Source of the DNA: Nitrospirota bacterium | GTDB taxonomy: Bacteria > Nitrospirota > UBA9217 | Direction of reading: 5' to 3' | Assembly: GCA_963790205.1 (NCBI GenBank) | Contig: CAWBNQ010000010.1 | Coordinates: 64,001 to 128,000 of the forward strand | DNA: 64,000 nt | In this document: piece by piece, positions 38,556 to 47,849 of the stretch | Layout: every line of letters begins with the position of its first letter | Position numbering within the stretch: position 1 is the stretch's first letter | Position numbers and translations under genes: made by a program | Notes under the pieces: model-generated | What the model saw: the letters and a program-made list of their open reading frames with translations, nothing else | What the model was told of the DNA's origin: nothing | The model's database searches: none

Positions 38556-39931
38556 CACATCTGTCCAAAATAGATTTTGAATAATTGAAGGGGAAGCCTC
38601 ACTTCAGGTATAGTAGGTTTGTCGAGGACCTAACTTTACTGAAGGAGGACATCCCCGTGAACAAGTTTAGCAGTATCTTCGGACAGATTCTACAGATATT
38701 TTCGCACCAGGAGTTTTATCGTGCGGTGCGGGAGACACAGGCAGAGAAAGGCGTAAAAGGATTTGGTTGCTGGGGCCAGTTCGTGGCCATGCTATTCTGT
38801 CAGCTGGGACAAGCGCATTCGCTTCGAGAGATCTGCGGCGGATTGGCTACCTGCTTCGGCAAGCTCAAACATCTCGGGATAGATGCTGCTCCCAAGCGTT
38901 CCACCTTGGCGTATGCCAACGCGCATCGGCCATGGCAATTGTATCAGAAGGTTTTTTATCAGTTGTTGGCAAAGTGCCGAGTCCTGGCGCACGGAAAGAA
39001 GCCGTTCCGGTTTAAGAACAAGCTGTTCAGCCTCGATGCGACACTGATCGAACTCTGTGTGACCCTGTTTGACTGGGCAAAATACCGGCAGACAAAAGGA
39101 GCGGTCAAGCTTCACCTGTTATTGGATCATGAGGGATATCTTCCGGTTTTCGCTACGATGACTGAAGGGAATGTGCACGAAGTAAACATCGCGCACACGC
39201 TGAAGTTCCCCAAGGGTTCCATTTTGGCGATTGACCGCGGATATGTCGATTATGAACAATTCGCACGCTGGACGGAGACCGGGATATTCTTCGTAACGAA
39301 AGAGAAGGATAATGCCGCCTTCCGGATCATCGAAAGACGAGAGGTGCCCGAGAATCGGAACATCATCAAAGACCAGCTCATTGAGCTGACGGGCTACGAA
39401 TCGATCAAGAAGTGCCCGCATACGTTGCGACGGGTAGAGGTCTGGGACGCAGAAAATGAACGTATTATCGTTCTGTGGACGAACCATCTCACCTTTGGCG
39501 CGACGACCATAGCGAGCATTTACAAGGACCGCTGGCAGATTGAGGTATTTTTCAAGACGATCAAGCAGAATCTGAAGATCAAAACATTCGTTGGGACGAG
39601 TCGGAACGCTTTATTGGTACAGATTTGGACAGCATTAATCGCTATCCTGGTGTTGAAGTACTTGAAGTTCCGATCCACACTCGGATGGTCGTTGTCGAAT
39701 CTGGTTGCCATGCTTCGTTATAATCTCTTCACCTATAGGGATTTATGGACATGGTTGGATAATCCATTTGAAACGCCGCCTATTGTGCCATTTGCGGAGC
39801 AACTGGTAATGAGTTATCGGTAATTGGACAGCAGAATAAGGAACCTGAATCCGAGATGATGGATTTGTCTGTCTAAAAGCATTGATTGGCGGGGTGTGGA
39901 TCAGGAAATTAGATTATCTTGGACAGCAATG
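38556..39931 (+). mobile_element. IS4-family insertion sequence with a 9-bp target-site duplication
   Basis: Imperfect terminal inverted repeats cacatctgtccaaaata / tatcttggacagcaatg. GTATGAAGT at 38547-38555 and 39932-39940. Confidence 0.92.
38585..39823 (+). CDS. IS4-family DDE transposase (DUF4372-type N-terminus)
   Basis: SLREI, RSTLAYAN, LDAT, KLHL, DRGY, YKDRWQIEVFFKTIKQ. Likely GTG start near 38657. Confidence 0.95.
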   Translation: MKGKPHFRYSRFVEDLTLLKEDIPVNKFSSIFGQILQIFSHQEFYRAVRETQAEKGVKGFGCWGQFVAMLFCQLGQAHSLREICGGLATCFGKLKHLGIDAAPKRSTLAYANAHRPWQLYQKVFYQLLAKCRVLAHGKKPFRFKNKLFSLDATLIELCVTLFDWAKYRQTKGAVKLHLLLDHEGYLPVFATMTEGNVHEVNIAHTLKFPKGSILAIDRGYVDYEQFARWTETGIFFVTKEKDNAAFRIIERREVPENRNIIKDQLIELTGYESIKKCPHTLRRVEVWDAENERIIVLWTNHLTFGATTIASIYKDRWQIEVFFKTIKQNLKIKTFVGTSRNALLVQIWTALIAILVLKYLKFRSTLGWSLSNLVAMLRYNLFTYRDLWTWLDNPFETPPIVPFAEQLVMSYR

Positions 39932-40134
39932 GTATGAAGTAAACAATGGAAGGCCACTGCAATGGGAAAACGGGCGGGACCGGCATCGCAACGCGCAGAC
40001 CTGCTTCCCATTCCGGCCTTGCCCTCACCCGTCCGCTGACAGGCATCGTTGCAGTCCTTTGTTTCAAAATTGCGGTTACTGCGATGGAACATTCAGTGAA
40101 CTTGTCAGATTCGGAACGATTTCGTGAACGACGT

Positions 40135-41766
40135 ATGAAAAAAAAGGCCTTCATTTTGATCATGGCAGCAGCGCTCCTTGCGGGTTACGCCGGGAAAGCG
40201 CAATCAGGGACCGAACAACCTGCCGAACTCGACAGGAAGATCGCGGATCTTGCCGCGCAGATCGCTGCATTGCCCGCTCTGGCGCGAGGCGGCAAGATCG
40301 CCGTGTTTCCCATTTTAGAGCGACAGGACGGCGCTATGGACCCTTTTGGAATGTATGTCTCCAGGCGCATTATCGCACGCCTCGAAACGAGGGGCAGATT
40401 CGCCGTGGTGGAGAGCGGCCTGCTCATCAAGCTGCTCGATGAGCGCAAGGTCGGAATGCCCGGCGTGATGGATGATGATGCGGCGCGGAAAGCGGGTAAA
40501 GCCCTTGGCGTCGTGACCGCCGTGACAGGCGCCTACGCCTGTTCCGATTCGCGCGTCAGGATCAGCGTTCGGGTCCTTTCCGCGGAGGGCGGGCCGGGTA
40601 TCGCAACGATCGAGACGATCATCAGCAGGACCAGGGAAGTGGATCAGCTTTTGGCCGTGAAGGGGCCGATCGAACGCCGCTTAGAGCAACCTTCAGCGCA
40701 GAAAGAAACAATCAAAGGCGCTACGATGGTCCCCGTCTCGCTCGGGGATGGGAGCTTTTCGACCGTGACCGGCATCCTGCCTCCCAAGTACCGGGGCTGC
40801 ACCGTCCCTCTGCTCGATCAAAAACCCGCCGGCATTGTCCGCGAGCCCGACTACCGGGGATCGATTCGAAAGTACGGAACCATGAAGCTGGGCACCACCG
40901 GGAAGAACACCTTCCTGTTCGCCCTCGACATAACTCCCGGCGGATACGCGGCGCTCTATTTCGATAAGAACCAGAACGGCGATCTCGCCGACGACGGGCC
41001 GATCGCGAACCAGGGGAAGAGCGGGACCTACTTTGCAGGCGCGCTGACCTTGCCCTTCAGCAGCATCATGGACAAGGTGAACTTTTCTGAGTACCGCGGA
41101 TGGTTTTGGGTCGATGCGGTGTCGTGGAGCCGGAATCGCATGTGCTACTTCAGTACTACGCAGCTCAAAGGCGAGGCGACCATCGAGAGCATGCCTTACC
41201 TGGTCTACGTCGTCGATTCCCGCGAGAACGATGCCGATTATACGAACGATGGGATATACATCGATTTGAACCAGGACAAAAGGATCGACGTTAAGACCGA
41301 GTATGTTCCGCCGGACGGCGCGGCAGTTATCAACGGCAAGAATTACTCCTTCAGGATATCCAGGGAAGCGGGGAGCAGGCGAGTGCTCTTCCAGGACCCG
41401 GCCGTCGGCCCGGGAGATGCGGCAAAAATCTTGAAAGTCACCCTTGTTCACGAGACCGAGCAGTGTCTCGTGCTTGATGTCGAATATTACCTGTCCGAAA
41501 AATTCCCGGGGAGAGCCATCGTCGGCGTCTATCCCGATATGCCGTATTGGACCGTTGACGCCACACGGGCGTATCCGGGCAGGCATACGGTCAGCATCAA
41601 GGTGGACCTGCATTTTGACGCCAAGGGAAAAATGAAGACGGTGAAATCCTCGACCCTGAGGTTTCAGATCGACGAGTACCAGGATTACAGTTATAAAGGC
41701 GAGATCTTTCGAAGGATCGTGCCGTTTGAGAAGCAGTGGAAAAGGCTTTCGGGAAACCTTCTGTGA
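40135..41766 (+). CDS. Secreted multidomain protein with an N-terminal FlgO/CsgG-like domain
   Basis: Signal peptide, KIAVFP..GRFAVVE..LLDE..GKALGV..VTG, then DKNQNGDLADD and DLNQD Ca-binding-like loops. Confidence 0.6.
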   Translation: MKKKAFILIMAAALLAGYAGKAQSGTEQPAELDRKIADLAAQIAALPALARGGKIAVFPILERQDGAMDPFGMYVSRRIIARLETRGRFAVVESGLLIKLLDERKVGMPGVMDDDAARKAGKALGVVTAVTGAYACSDSRVRISVRVLSAEGGPGIATIETIISRTREVDQLLAVKGPIERRLEQPSAQKETIKGATMVPVSLGDGSFSTVTGILPPKYRGCTVPLLDQKPAGIVREPDYRGSIRKYGTMKLGTTGKNTFLFALDITPGGYAALYFDKNQNGDLADDGPIANQGKSGTYFAGALTLPFSSIMDKVNFSEYRGWFWVDAVSWSRNRMCYFSTTQLKGEATIESMPYLVYVVDSRENDADYTNDGIYIDLNQDKRIDVKTEYVPPDGAAVINGKNYSFRISREAGSRRVLFQDPAVGPGDAAKILKVTLVHETEQCLVLDVEYYLSEKFPGRAIVGVYPDMPYWTVDATRAYPGRHTVSIKVDLHFDAKGKMKTVKSSTLRFQIDEYQDYSYKGEIFRRIVPFEKQWKRLSGNLL

Positions 41767-41805
41767 CGTTGTTTCTCATCATGTTTTTTGCATCAACCTT
41801 GCTGT

Positions 41806-41978
41806 AACTCCCCCTTCACCCGCCTCCGGGGGAGAGGAGAATAGTCACGTGTCGCGCCATGTCCTCTTTTCCCCCTTGGGGAGAAGACCGGAGTGAGGGG
41901 GAGAGGAGGTTTTCTCTTGGCAGCAACGTACCCCGCAAAAGACATTACCGTGCTCGAAGGGCTGGAGCCGGTCCGCAG
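41806..41978 (+). repeat. Inverted diverged copy of the gyrB/parE leader and first 20 codons
   Basis: Reverse complement of ~43977-44152, near-identical over the coding part. Confidence 0.92.
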
Positions 41979-42021
41979 CGCCGTGAAATGGATCACCGGA
42001 CTGTAGCCGTGATCGTGAAAA
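41971..42021 (+). repeat. Direct copy of the 3' end of the giant OM gene
   Basis: agcgccgtgaaatggatcaccggactgta(g/a)ccgtgatcgtgaaaa matches 38459-38503. Confidence 0.92.
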
Positions 42022-42141
42022 GAAAAGACAGGCCAGCGGGCCTGCCTTTATGACGTTCCGTCCGTTTTCCTTCCTTAGTCCGTTCCGTACCATGAATCAA
42101 GCGGGCCCCCCTGGTTCAGGGCCAGCCGCGCTCCGCACGGA

Positions 42142-44037
42142 TCAGATATCCAACTCCGCGAACTCCGCCCGTTCCTTGATGAACGAGAACCGGGCCTTGG
42201 GGTCCTTGCCCATAAGCCGCTCGAACACATCGCCCGTGGCCTTATGGTCCACGACCTGCACTTTCATGAGCGACCGGGTCCTGGGATTCATGGTGGTCTC
42301 CTTGAGCGTTTCGGGGTTCATTTCGCCGAGGCCCTTAAAACGCCCAACCTCGTATTTTCTGCCGTTCAACTTCGCCAGGATCTTCTCTTTTTCCATCTCA
42401 TCCATTGCGTAAAATACTTCTTTCCCTGCCTCGATCTTGTACAGCGGCGGCATGGCCAGGTGTACATGCCCTTTGTTGATCAGCTCCGGCATGTACCGGT
42501 AGATAAAGGTGAGAAGCAGCACGCTGATGTGCGCGCCGTCCACGTCCGCGTCGGTCATCAGGATCACGCGGTTATAGCGGAGCTTGTTGAGGTCGAAGTG
42601 CGCGCCCACGCCGCAGCCGAGCGTGGCCAGGAGGTTCTTGATCTCGTTGTTCGCCTGGATCTTCTCGAGGGAAGCCACCTGTTCCACGTTCAGGATCTTC
42701 CCACGGAGCGAGAGCACGGCCTGGGTCTTCCGGTCCCGGGCCATCTTTGCCGAACCGCCCGCCGAGTCGCCTTCAACGATGAAGAGCTCGGTGTCTTCCA
42801 CCTTGTTCGAGGAGCAGTCCGCAAGCTTGCCCGGCAGGTTCAGCTTCAGGGACGACAGCTTCCTCGTCACGTTCTCCTTGGCCGCGCGGGAGGCGAGCCG
42901 CGCCTCCGCGGCCAGAAGCACGCGTTTCACGACCGCTTCGGACATGGTGGGGTTCGCGAGCAAATAGGCCTCGCAGGCGTTCTTGACCGAAGCCTCGATG
43001 GGAGACGAGATCTCGGGGTTATTGAGCTTCTCCTTGGTCTGGCCCTGGAACTGGGGGTTCTTCACGAGCACGCTCACGATGCCGTAGAGCCCTTCGTACA
43101 CGTCCTCGGGCGCGATGGCCTTGATGTTCTTGGGGACCAGGTTCTTGCGCTCGGCATAGGCGCGGACGGCCTTGGTAAGCCCTCCCCTGACCGCAAGCTC
43201 GTGCGTGCCGCCGTCGGAAGTGTTGATGGAGTTTGCGTAGGAGTGGATCTCGGTGTCCGTCGCGAGGGTCCAGTGCATTGCGCACTCGATCTTGAAATCG
43301 TCCTCTTTCTCGAAATAAAAGGGATCGGGATTGACGACCGTCGTGCCCGAGACGATCCGCTTGATGTAGTCCTGGATGCCGTTGTCGTACTTGAACGCGA
43401 TCGGCTTCTCCCCGTCGCGGGGGTTCTCGATCGTGATCTTGAGGCCCTTGTTCAGAAAGGCCTTGCTCTCGGAGACATCGAGGATGTTCTTGTAATTGAA
43501 GCCTGTCTTTGAGAAGATGTCCGGGTCGGGCCGAAAATAGATCTGCGTGCCGTGCGCCTTGGTCGGCTTGCCCTTTTTGAGGTTCCCCTTGGGTTTGCCG
43601 CGCGAGAATTCCTGGGTCCACTCGTAGCCGTCGCGCCAGACCGTGGCAATGAAGACCTCTGAAAGGGCATTCACCACCGAAGCGCCCACGCCGTGGAGCC
43701 CTCCGGAAGACTTATACGCCGTATGGTCGAACTTCCCCCCGGCGTGCAGGGTGCAGAGGATCGTCTCGATGGCGGGCCGCTTTGTTTTCGGGTGGATGTC
43801 AACAGGGATACCGCGGCCGTTATCGATCACCGTTACGCCGCCGTCTTTTTCAAGCCTGAGGGTTATGGCCGTGCAATATCCGTTGAGCGCCTCGTCCACG
43901 GCGTTATCGAGGGTCTCCCATACAAGGTGGTGAAGTCCGCGCACGTCCGTCGAGCCGATGTACATGGCCGGCCGCTTGCGGACCGGCTCCAGCCCTTCGA
44001 GCACGGTAATGTCTTTTGCGGTATACGTTGCTGCCAA
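42142..44037 (-). CDS. Type IIA topoisomerase subunit B (GyrB/ParE family)
   Basis: LEGLEPVRKRPAMYIG, DNAVDE, LHAGGKF, GGLHGVG, VEGDSAGG, LRGKILN, MTDADVDG, RFKGLGEM. TTG start after GGAGG. Confidence 0.95.
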   Translation of the reverse strand: MAATYTAKDITVLEGLEPVRKRPAMYIGSTDVRGLHHLVWETLDNAVDEALNGYCTAITLRLEKDGGVTVIDNGRGIPVDIHPKTKRPAIETILCTLHAGGKFDHTAYKSSGGLHGVGASVVNALSEVFIATVWRDGYEWTQEFSRGKPKGNLKKGKPTKAHGTQIYFRPDPDIFSKTGFNYKNILDVSESKAFLNKGLKITIENPRDGEKPIAFKYDNGIQDYIKRIVSGTTVVNPDPFYFEKEDDFKIECAMHWTLATDTEIHSYANSINTSDGGTHELAVRGGLTKAVRAYAERKNLVPKNIKAIAPEDVYEGLYGIVSVLVKNPQFQGQTKEKLNNPEISSPIEASVKNACEAYLLANPTMSEAVVKRVLLAAEARLASRAAKENVTRKLSSLKLNLPGKLADCSSNKVEDTELFIVEGDSAGGSAKMARDRKTQAVLSLRGKILNVEQVASLEKIQANNEIKNLLATLGCGVGAHFDLNKLRYNRVILMTDADVDGAHISVLLLTFIYRYMPELINKGHVHLAMPPLYKIEAGKEVFYAMDEMEKEKILAKLNGRKYEVGRFKGLGEMNPETLKETTMNPRTRSLMKVQVVDHKATGDVFERLMGKDPKARFSFIKERAEFAELDI

Positions 44038-44178
44038 AAGAAAACCTCCTGTCCCCCTCATTCCGGTCTTCTCCCGGGAAGAAAAGAGGAAACGGCGCTA
44101 CACGTGATTATTTTCCCTTTCCTCTTGGGGAGAGGTCAGGCGAGGAGGGGTTGTCGATAGGGACCCTTATCGGTGCAG

Positions 44179-44207
44179 ATTATAAATCATGAGGAACGAT
44201 AAAGCAA
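44179..44207 (-). promoter_or_regulatory. Sigma-70 promoter of the topoisomerase B gene
   Basis: TTGCTT-N17-TATAAT. Confidence 0.65.
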
Positions 44208-44240
44208 TATGAAGTTTTTGCAACGGATTACCCTGCATAT

Positions 44241-44293
44241 TATTGATGCCAAGGGACATTTCTATTTTGGCTTGCCATATTGATGCCAAGGGA
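44241..44293. repeat. 16-bp direct repeat in a divergent promoter region
   Basis: tattgatgccaaggga at 44241-44256 and 44278-44293. Confidence 0.75.
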
Positions 44294-44345
44294 TTGATTT
44301 CCGGCAAAACTTCGGTTACACTTTAGTAAGTATGAGGAAGCGTAC

Positions 44346-46104
44346 GTGGACGATATCAAAAAGAAAAAAGAGCAATTGGTCGCCGAGGTAAGGACCCTCC
44401 GGAGGCGTGCCGCCGAACTCGAGAGCGCAGCCGCCGGGCATGCTGGCGCCGCGACGCCGTGCGAAAGCGAGCAGCGCTACCGCCATCTGTTCGACGCGGC
44501 GCGGGACGGCATCGTGCTGGTGGAGGCTGATACCGGCTATATCATCGACATCAACCCCTCCTTCCTCGCCATGGCCGGCTATACGCGTAACGAACTGATG
44601 GGGAGTAAACTCTGGCAAATCGAGCCGTTTCAGAACACCGATGCTATCCAGGTCATGTTCAAGGAACTTCGGAACCAGGACCATATTTATTATGACGACC
44701 TGCCTCTGGATACAAGGAAGGGGAGCCGCATTCCCGTGGAGATCGTCGGGAGCGCGCACACGATCGGAGACCGGAAAATTCTGCAATACACCATCCGCGA
44801 CATCGGCAAGCGCAAGGCGATGGAAGAGGAGTTGTGGAAAACCGAGTCGCGGTTCAGGATCCTCTTCCAAAAAGCCGCGATCGGAATCGCCATGGTCGAC
44901 GCGGTGGGTGTCATCATTGAGTGTAATCCGGCGCTTGAGAAGATGCTCGGTTACAACGAAAAGGAGATGACCGGCAGGCACTTCACCGATTTCACCCACA
45001 AGGAAGACCTGCAGTCGGATACCGCGTGGTTCGAGGAGCTGCTCGCGCAGAAACGCGACAACTACCAGATGGCGATTCGCTGCCTGAGAAAAGACGGGGC
45101 CGTTGCCTGGGGGCTGCTCGCCGTCTCCCTGATCCGCAACAATAAAAACGAGCCCCTGTACGCCATCCGCATGATCGAGGACATCACCGACCGCAAACGG
45201 GCCGAGGAGGTCCGTCATCAAATCGCGCCATTTCTACCTGTCACTCATCGACGAGCTGCCGAACCCCATCCGGCGCACCGACGTCGATGCGCAGGCCGAT
45301 TACTTCAACAAGGCCTGGCTCGAATTCACCGGGCGGTCCCTCAGCCAGGAAATCGGAAACGCATGGGGCGAGGGGGTCCATGCCGAAGACCGCGACCGGC
45401 TCATGAAGACCCATTCCGACTCTTTCGAACATCGTGCTCCGTACGTGACGGAATACAGGCTCCGGGACCGCAACGGCGAGTACCGCTGGATGGTGGAATA
45501 CGGGAGACCGATCAAGGACCTCGACGGAAGTTTCAGCGGCTATATCAGCTCGTGCTATGATGTGCAGGACCGGAAGACCTTCGAAGAGAAGCTCCATTCC
45601 CTCTCTATGACCGATGATCTCACCGGCCTCCTGAATCGGCGCGGTTTTTTCTCCCTCGCCCAGCAGCAGCTCAAGGTGGCGAACCGGACCAAAAGAGGGT
45701 TCCTCCTCCTCTATGTGGACCTCGACGGGCTGAAAAAGATCAATGATACGCTCGGCCATCCCGAAGGCGATCAGGCGCTGGTCGAGACCGCGTCCATCCT
45801 CAGGGAAATATTCCGTGAATCGGACATCATCGGCCGCCTCGGCGGGGACGAATTCGCGGTCCTCGCGCTGGAACGAACAAGAGACGTCAAAGAGGAGGAG
45901 CGGGCGATCCTCAGGCGCATACAGGAAGGCGTTGAGGGCAGGAATGCGCTGCCGGACCGTCGCCGCACCCTGTCGCTCAGCGCGGGGATAAACACCTACG
46001 ATCCGGAAAGGCCCTGCTCCCTCGACGAGTTTATCTCGCACGTGGATTCCATCATGTACGAGGAAAAGAAATCAAAGTACCGGTCTCAGAAACGGGGCCC
46101 ATGA
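44346..46104 (+). pseudogene. PAS-PAS-PAS-GGDEF diguanylate cyclase with a +1 frameshift near 45210
   Basis: Removing one G from gaggaggtcc joins RKRAEE to SVIKSRHFYLSLIDELPNPI. RESD..GGDEF is intact downstream. Confidence 0.8.
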
Positions 46105-46247
46105 CCCTCTTTCGCAATCCGGGAGGAGTTCCCGTCTCTGTTCCAAAATATCCCGCGCTGTTCCCTTCATGCCGTACCCGGAAATCCAGTCCCTTCCTTC
46201 CTCCCGAAGTACCTCGCGGTTTTATCTGCCGAATTACAACAGCGTGT

Positions 46248-47435
46248 TCAGAACATCGGCGTGGGCACCGCCCCCCACCCGCTTCCGTGCGGAAGATCTT
46301 GAATGTCCAGAAGCCGGAGGTTGTGCACGTCCACGTCGACCATGAACTGCGGCACGCGCAGGGCATTGATCGAGAAGCGGCCTGACGGAGTATTCACCTC
46401 CGCACCCTCCAGGGAAATGAAGATCAGCCGCCTGACCGCTCCGTCTCCCGGCACTGCGCCGGCATCGTGAGGTACCATGCCGTGCAGGGCGTGATGCCCC
46501 CCGCGCAAATGCCCGAAAGGGTTGAAGACCCAGTCCGCGATCATGCCGATCGTACGGTGCTGCTCAAAGAGTTTCCAGTCCCCTCCGGTGTCGGCGATCA
46601 TGCCCTGCATGACATAGTCCCGGGGGATAAAGTAGACGAGATACCGTTTATTCTCCTGCATTCGTTCACGCACTTCCTTCATCTCCAGGATACCGGCCAT
46701 ACGGTGGTCCATCTTGAATCCGTCCTCCGGCAGGATGGCCAGGGCCGTTACGTTTTTTGCGTTTGTCCAGAGGGTGAGGTGATGGACCGTGTACGCCCTG
46801 AGGAGAAACGCCCCGGCGATGACAACACCGGTAAAAACAAGAAAGAGCAGGGCCTTCCCGAAACGCGATGACGGGACCAGCGTTTGCTCGATCCCTTTCA
46901 GCAGGAACATACCCGTTCTGTTCATATAAGCCTGATACGTCTCAGCGTGCGCCTTGAGCATGCGCCGCTCTTCGTCTTTAGCCAGGAAATAATAGACGAG
47001 CGCCATGAGAAGCCACAGTACGATGGTCAAGAACCTCGGCCAGAGTACGGCGAGGCCCAGACCCGCGGTCTCGAGCGCGAGATATTGAGGGTGCCGGATT
47101 CGGGAATAGAGGCCCGAAAGTACAGCTCCCCTTTTCCTGAATTTGGCGGTATATATTTGGCCGGCGCAGATAAGGAAGATCGTCATGCCCAGGACGAACA
47201 GAATTGATCCCATGATCCGCACGGACTGAAGGAACGGGTCCTGCGGCAGGACCAGGTGAGGCAGGAAAAAAGCGCTGAGCCATCTCGTTGTGGAATTGCC
47301 TGCGAGCGTGAGCAGCACGGGGTTGAAGACCGAGTAGAAGAACCCTGCAAAGGGGCTGATCATGATGAGCACTTCAAAGGCAATGATAAAGTAAAGAACA
47401 AGCGCGCTCCCGAGGAGCGTCTTCTTCGTATTCAT
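46248..47435 (-). CDS. Isoprenylcysteine carboxyl methyltransferase/PEMT-like membrane protein
   Basis: GLYSRIRHPQY, EERRML...YQAY..RTGMF. Confidence 0.75.
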   Translation of the reverse strand: MNTKKTLLGSALVLYFIIAFEVLIMISPFAGFFYSVFNPVLLTLAGNSTTRWLSAFFLPHLVLPQDPFLQSVRIMGSILFVLGMTIFLICAGQIYTAKFRKRGAVLSGLYSRIRHPQYLALETAGLGLAVLWPRFLTIVLWLLMALVYYFLAKDEERRMLKAHAETYQAYMNRTGMFLLKGIEQTLVPSSRFGKALLFLVFTGVVIAGAFLLRAYTVHHLTLWTNAKNVTALAILPEDGFKMDHRMAGILEMKEVRERMQENKRYLVYFIPRDYVMQGMIADTGGDWKLFEQHRTIGMIADWVFNPFGHLRGGHHALHGMVPHDAGAVPGDGAVRRLIFISLEGAEVNTPSGRFSINALRVPQFMVDVDVHNLRLLDIQDLPHGSGWGAVPTPMF

Positions 47436-47489
47436 AGGCACCTCCCTTACAAGTATAACGCATAAAAACAACCACTCTCGCCGTCGTAC

Positions 47490-47625
47490 CCTTGCGGGGA
47501 GCGAAGCGGTCCTGAGCGCAGCGAAGGACCTCGGCGCATATTCCTCACTGCGCTCGGGACAGGCTCCGCAATCTCAGCCTCAATAAACGAGATTGTCGCG
47601 CCCCCGCCGGGCGCCTGCAACGACC
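47490..47625. repeat. Nested REP-like palindromes
   Basis: Outer ttgcggggagcgaagcg...gcaatctc...gagattg...gcaacgac with inner gtcctgagcgcagcgaagga...ctgcgctcgggac. Confidence 0.6.
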
Positions 47626-47849
47626 GCATAGTAATTATGCCATTATCGTGATTTTTGTGATGGGCACGGGAAGCAGGCTTGAGAGCAGGCGCCTTTATTG
47701 CTTCAAAATTGCCGGCCCTTTATGACGGGCATCATAGCTCTTCTGTTCCCAACGCGAATATAGTATAGTATTGGAACGTCACAAAGGACTCGCCGGTCAC
47801 TGCTGCGCCTGACCGCGCGTATACTATCAAACCTGTACAGGATGGTCCC

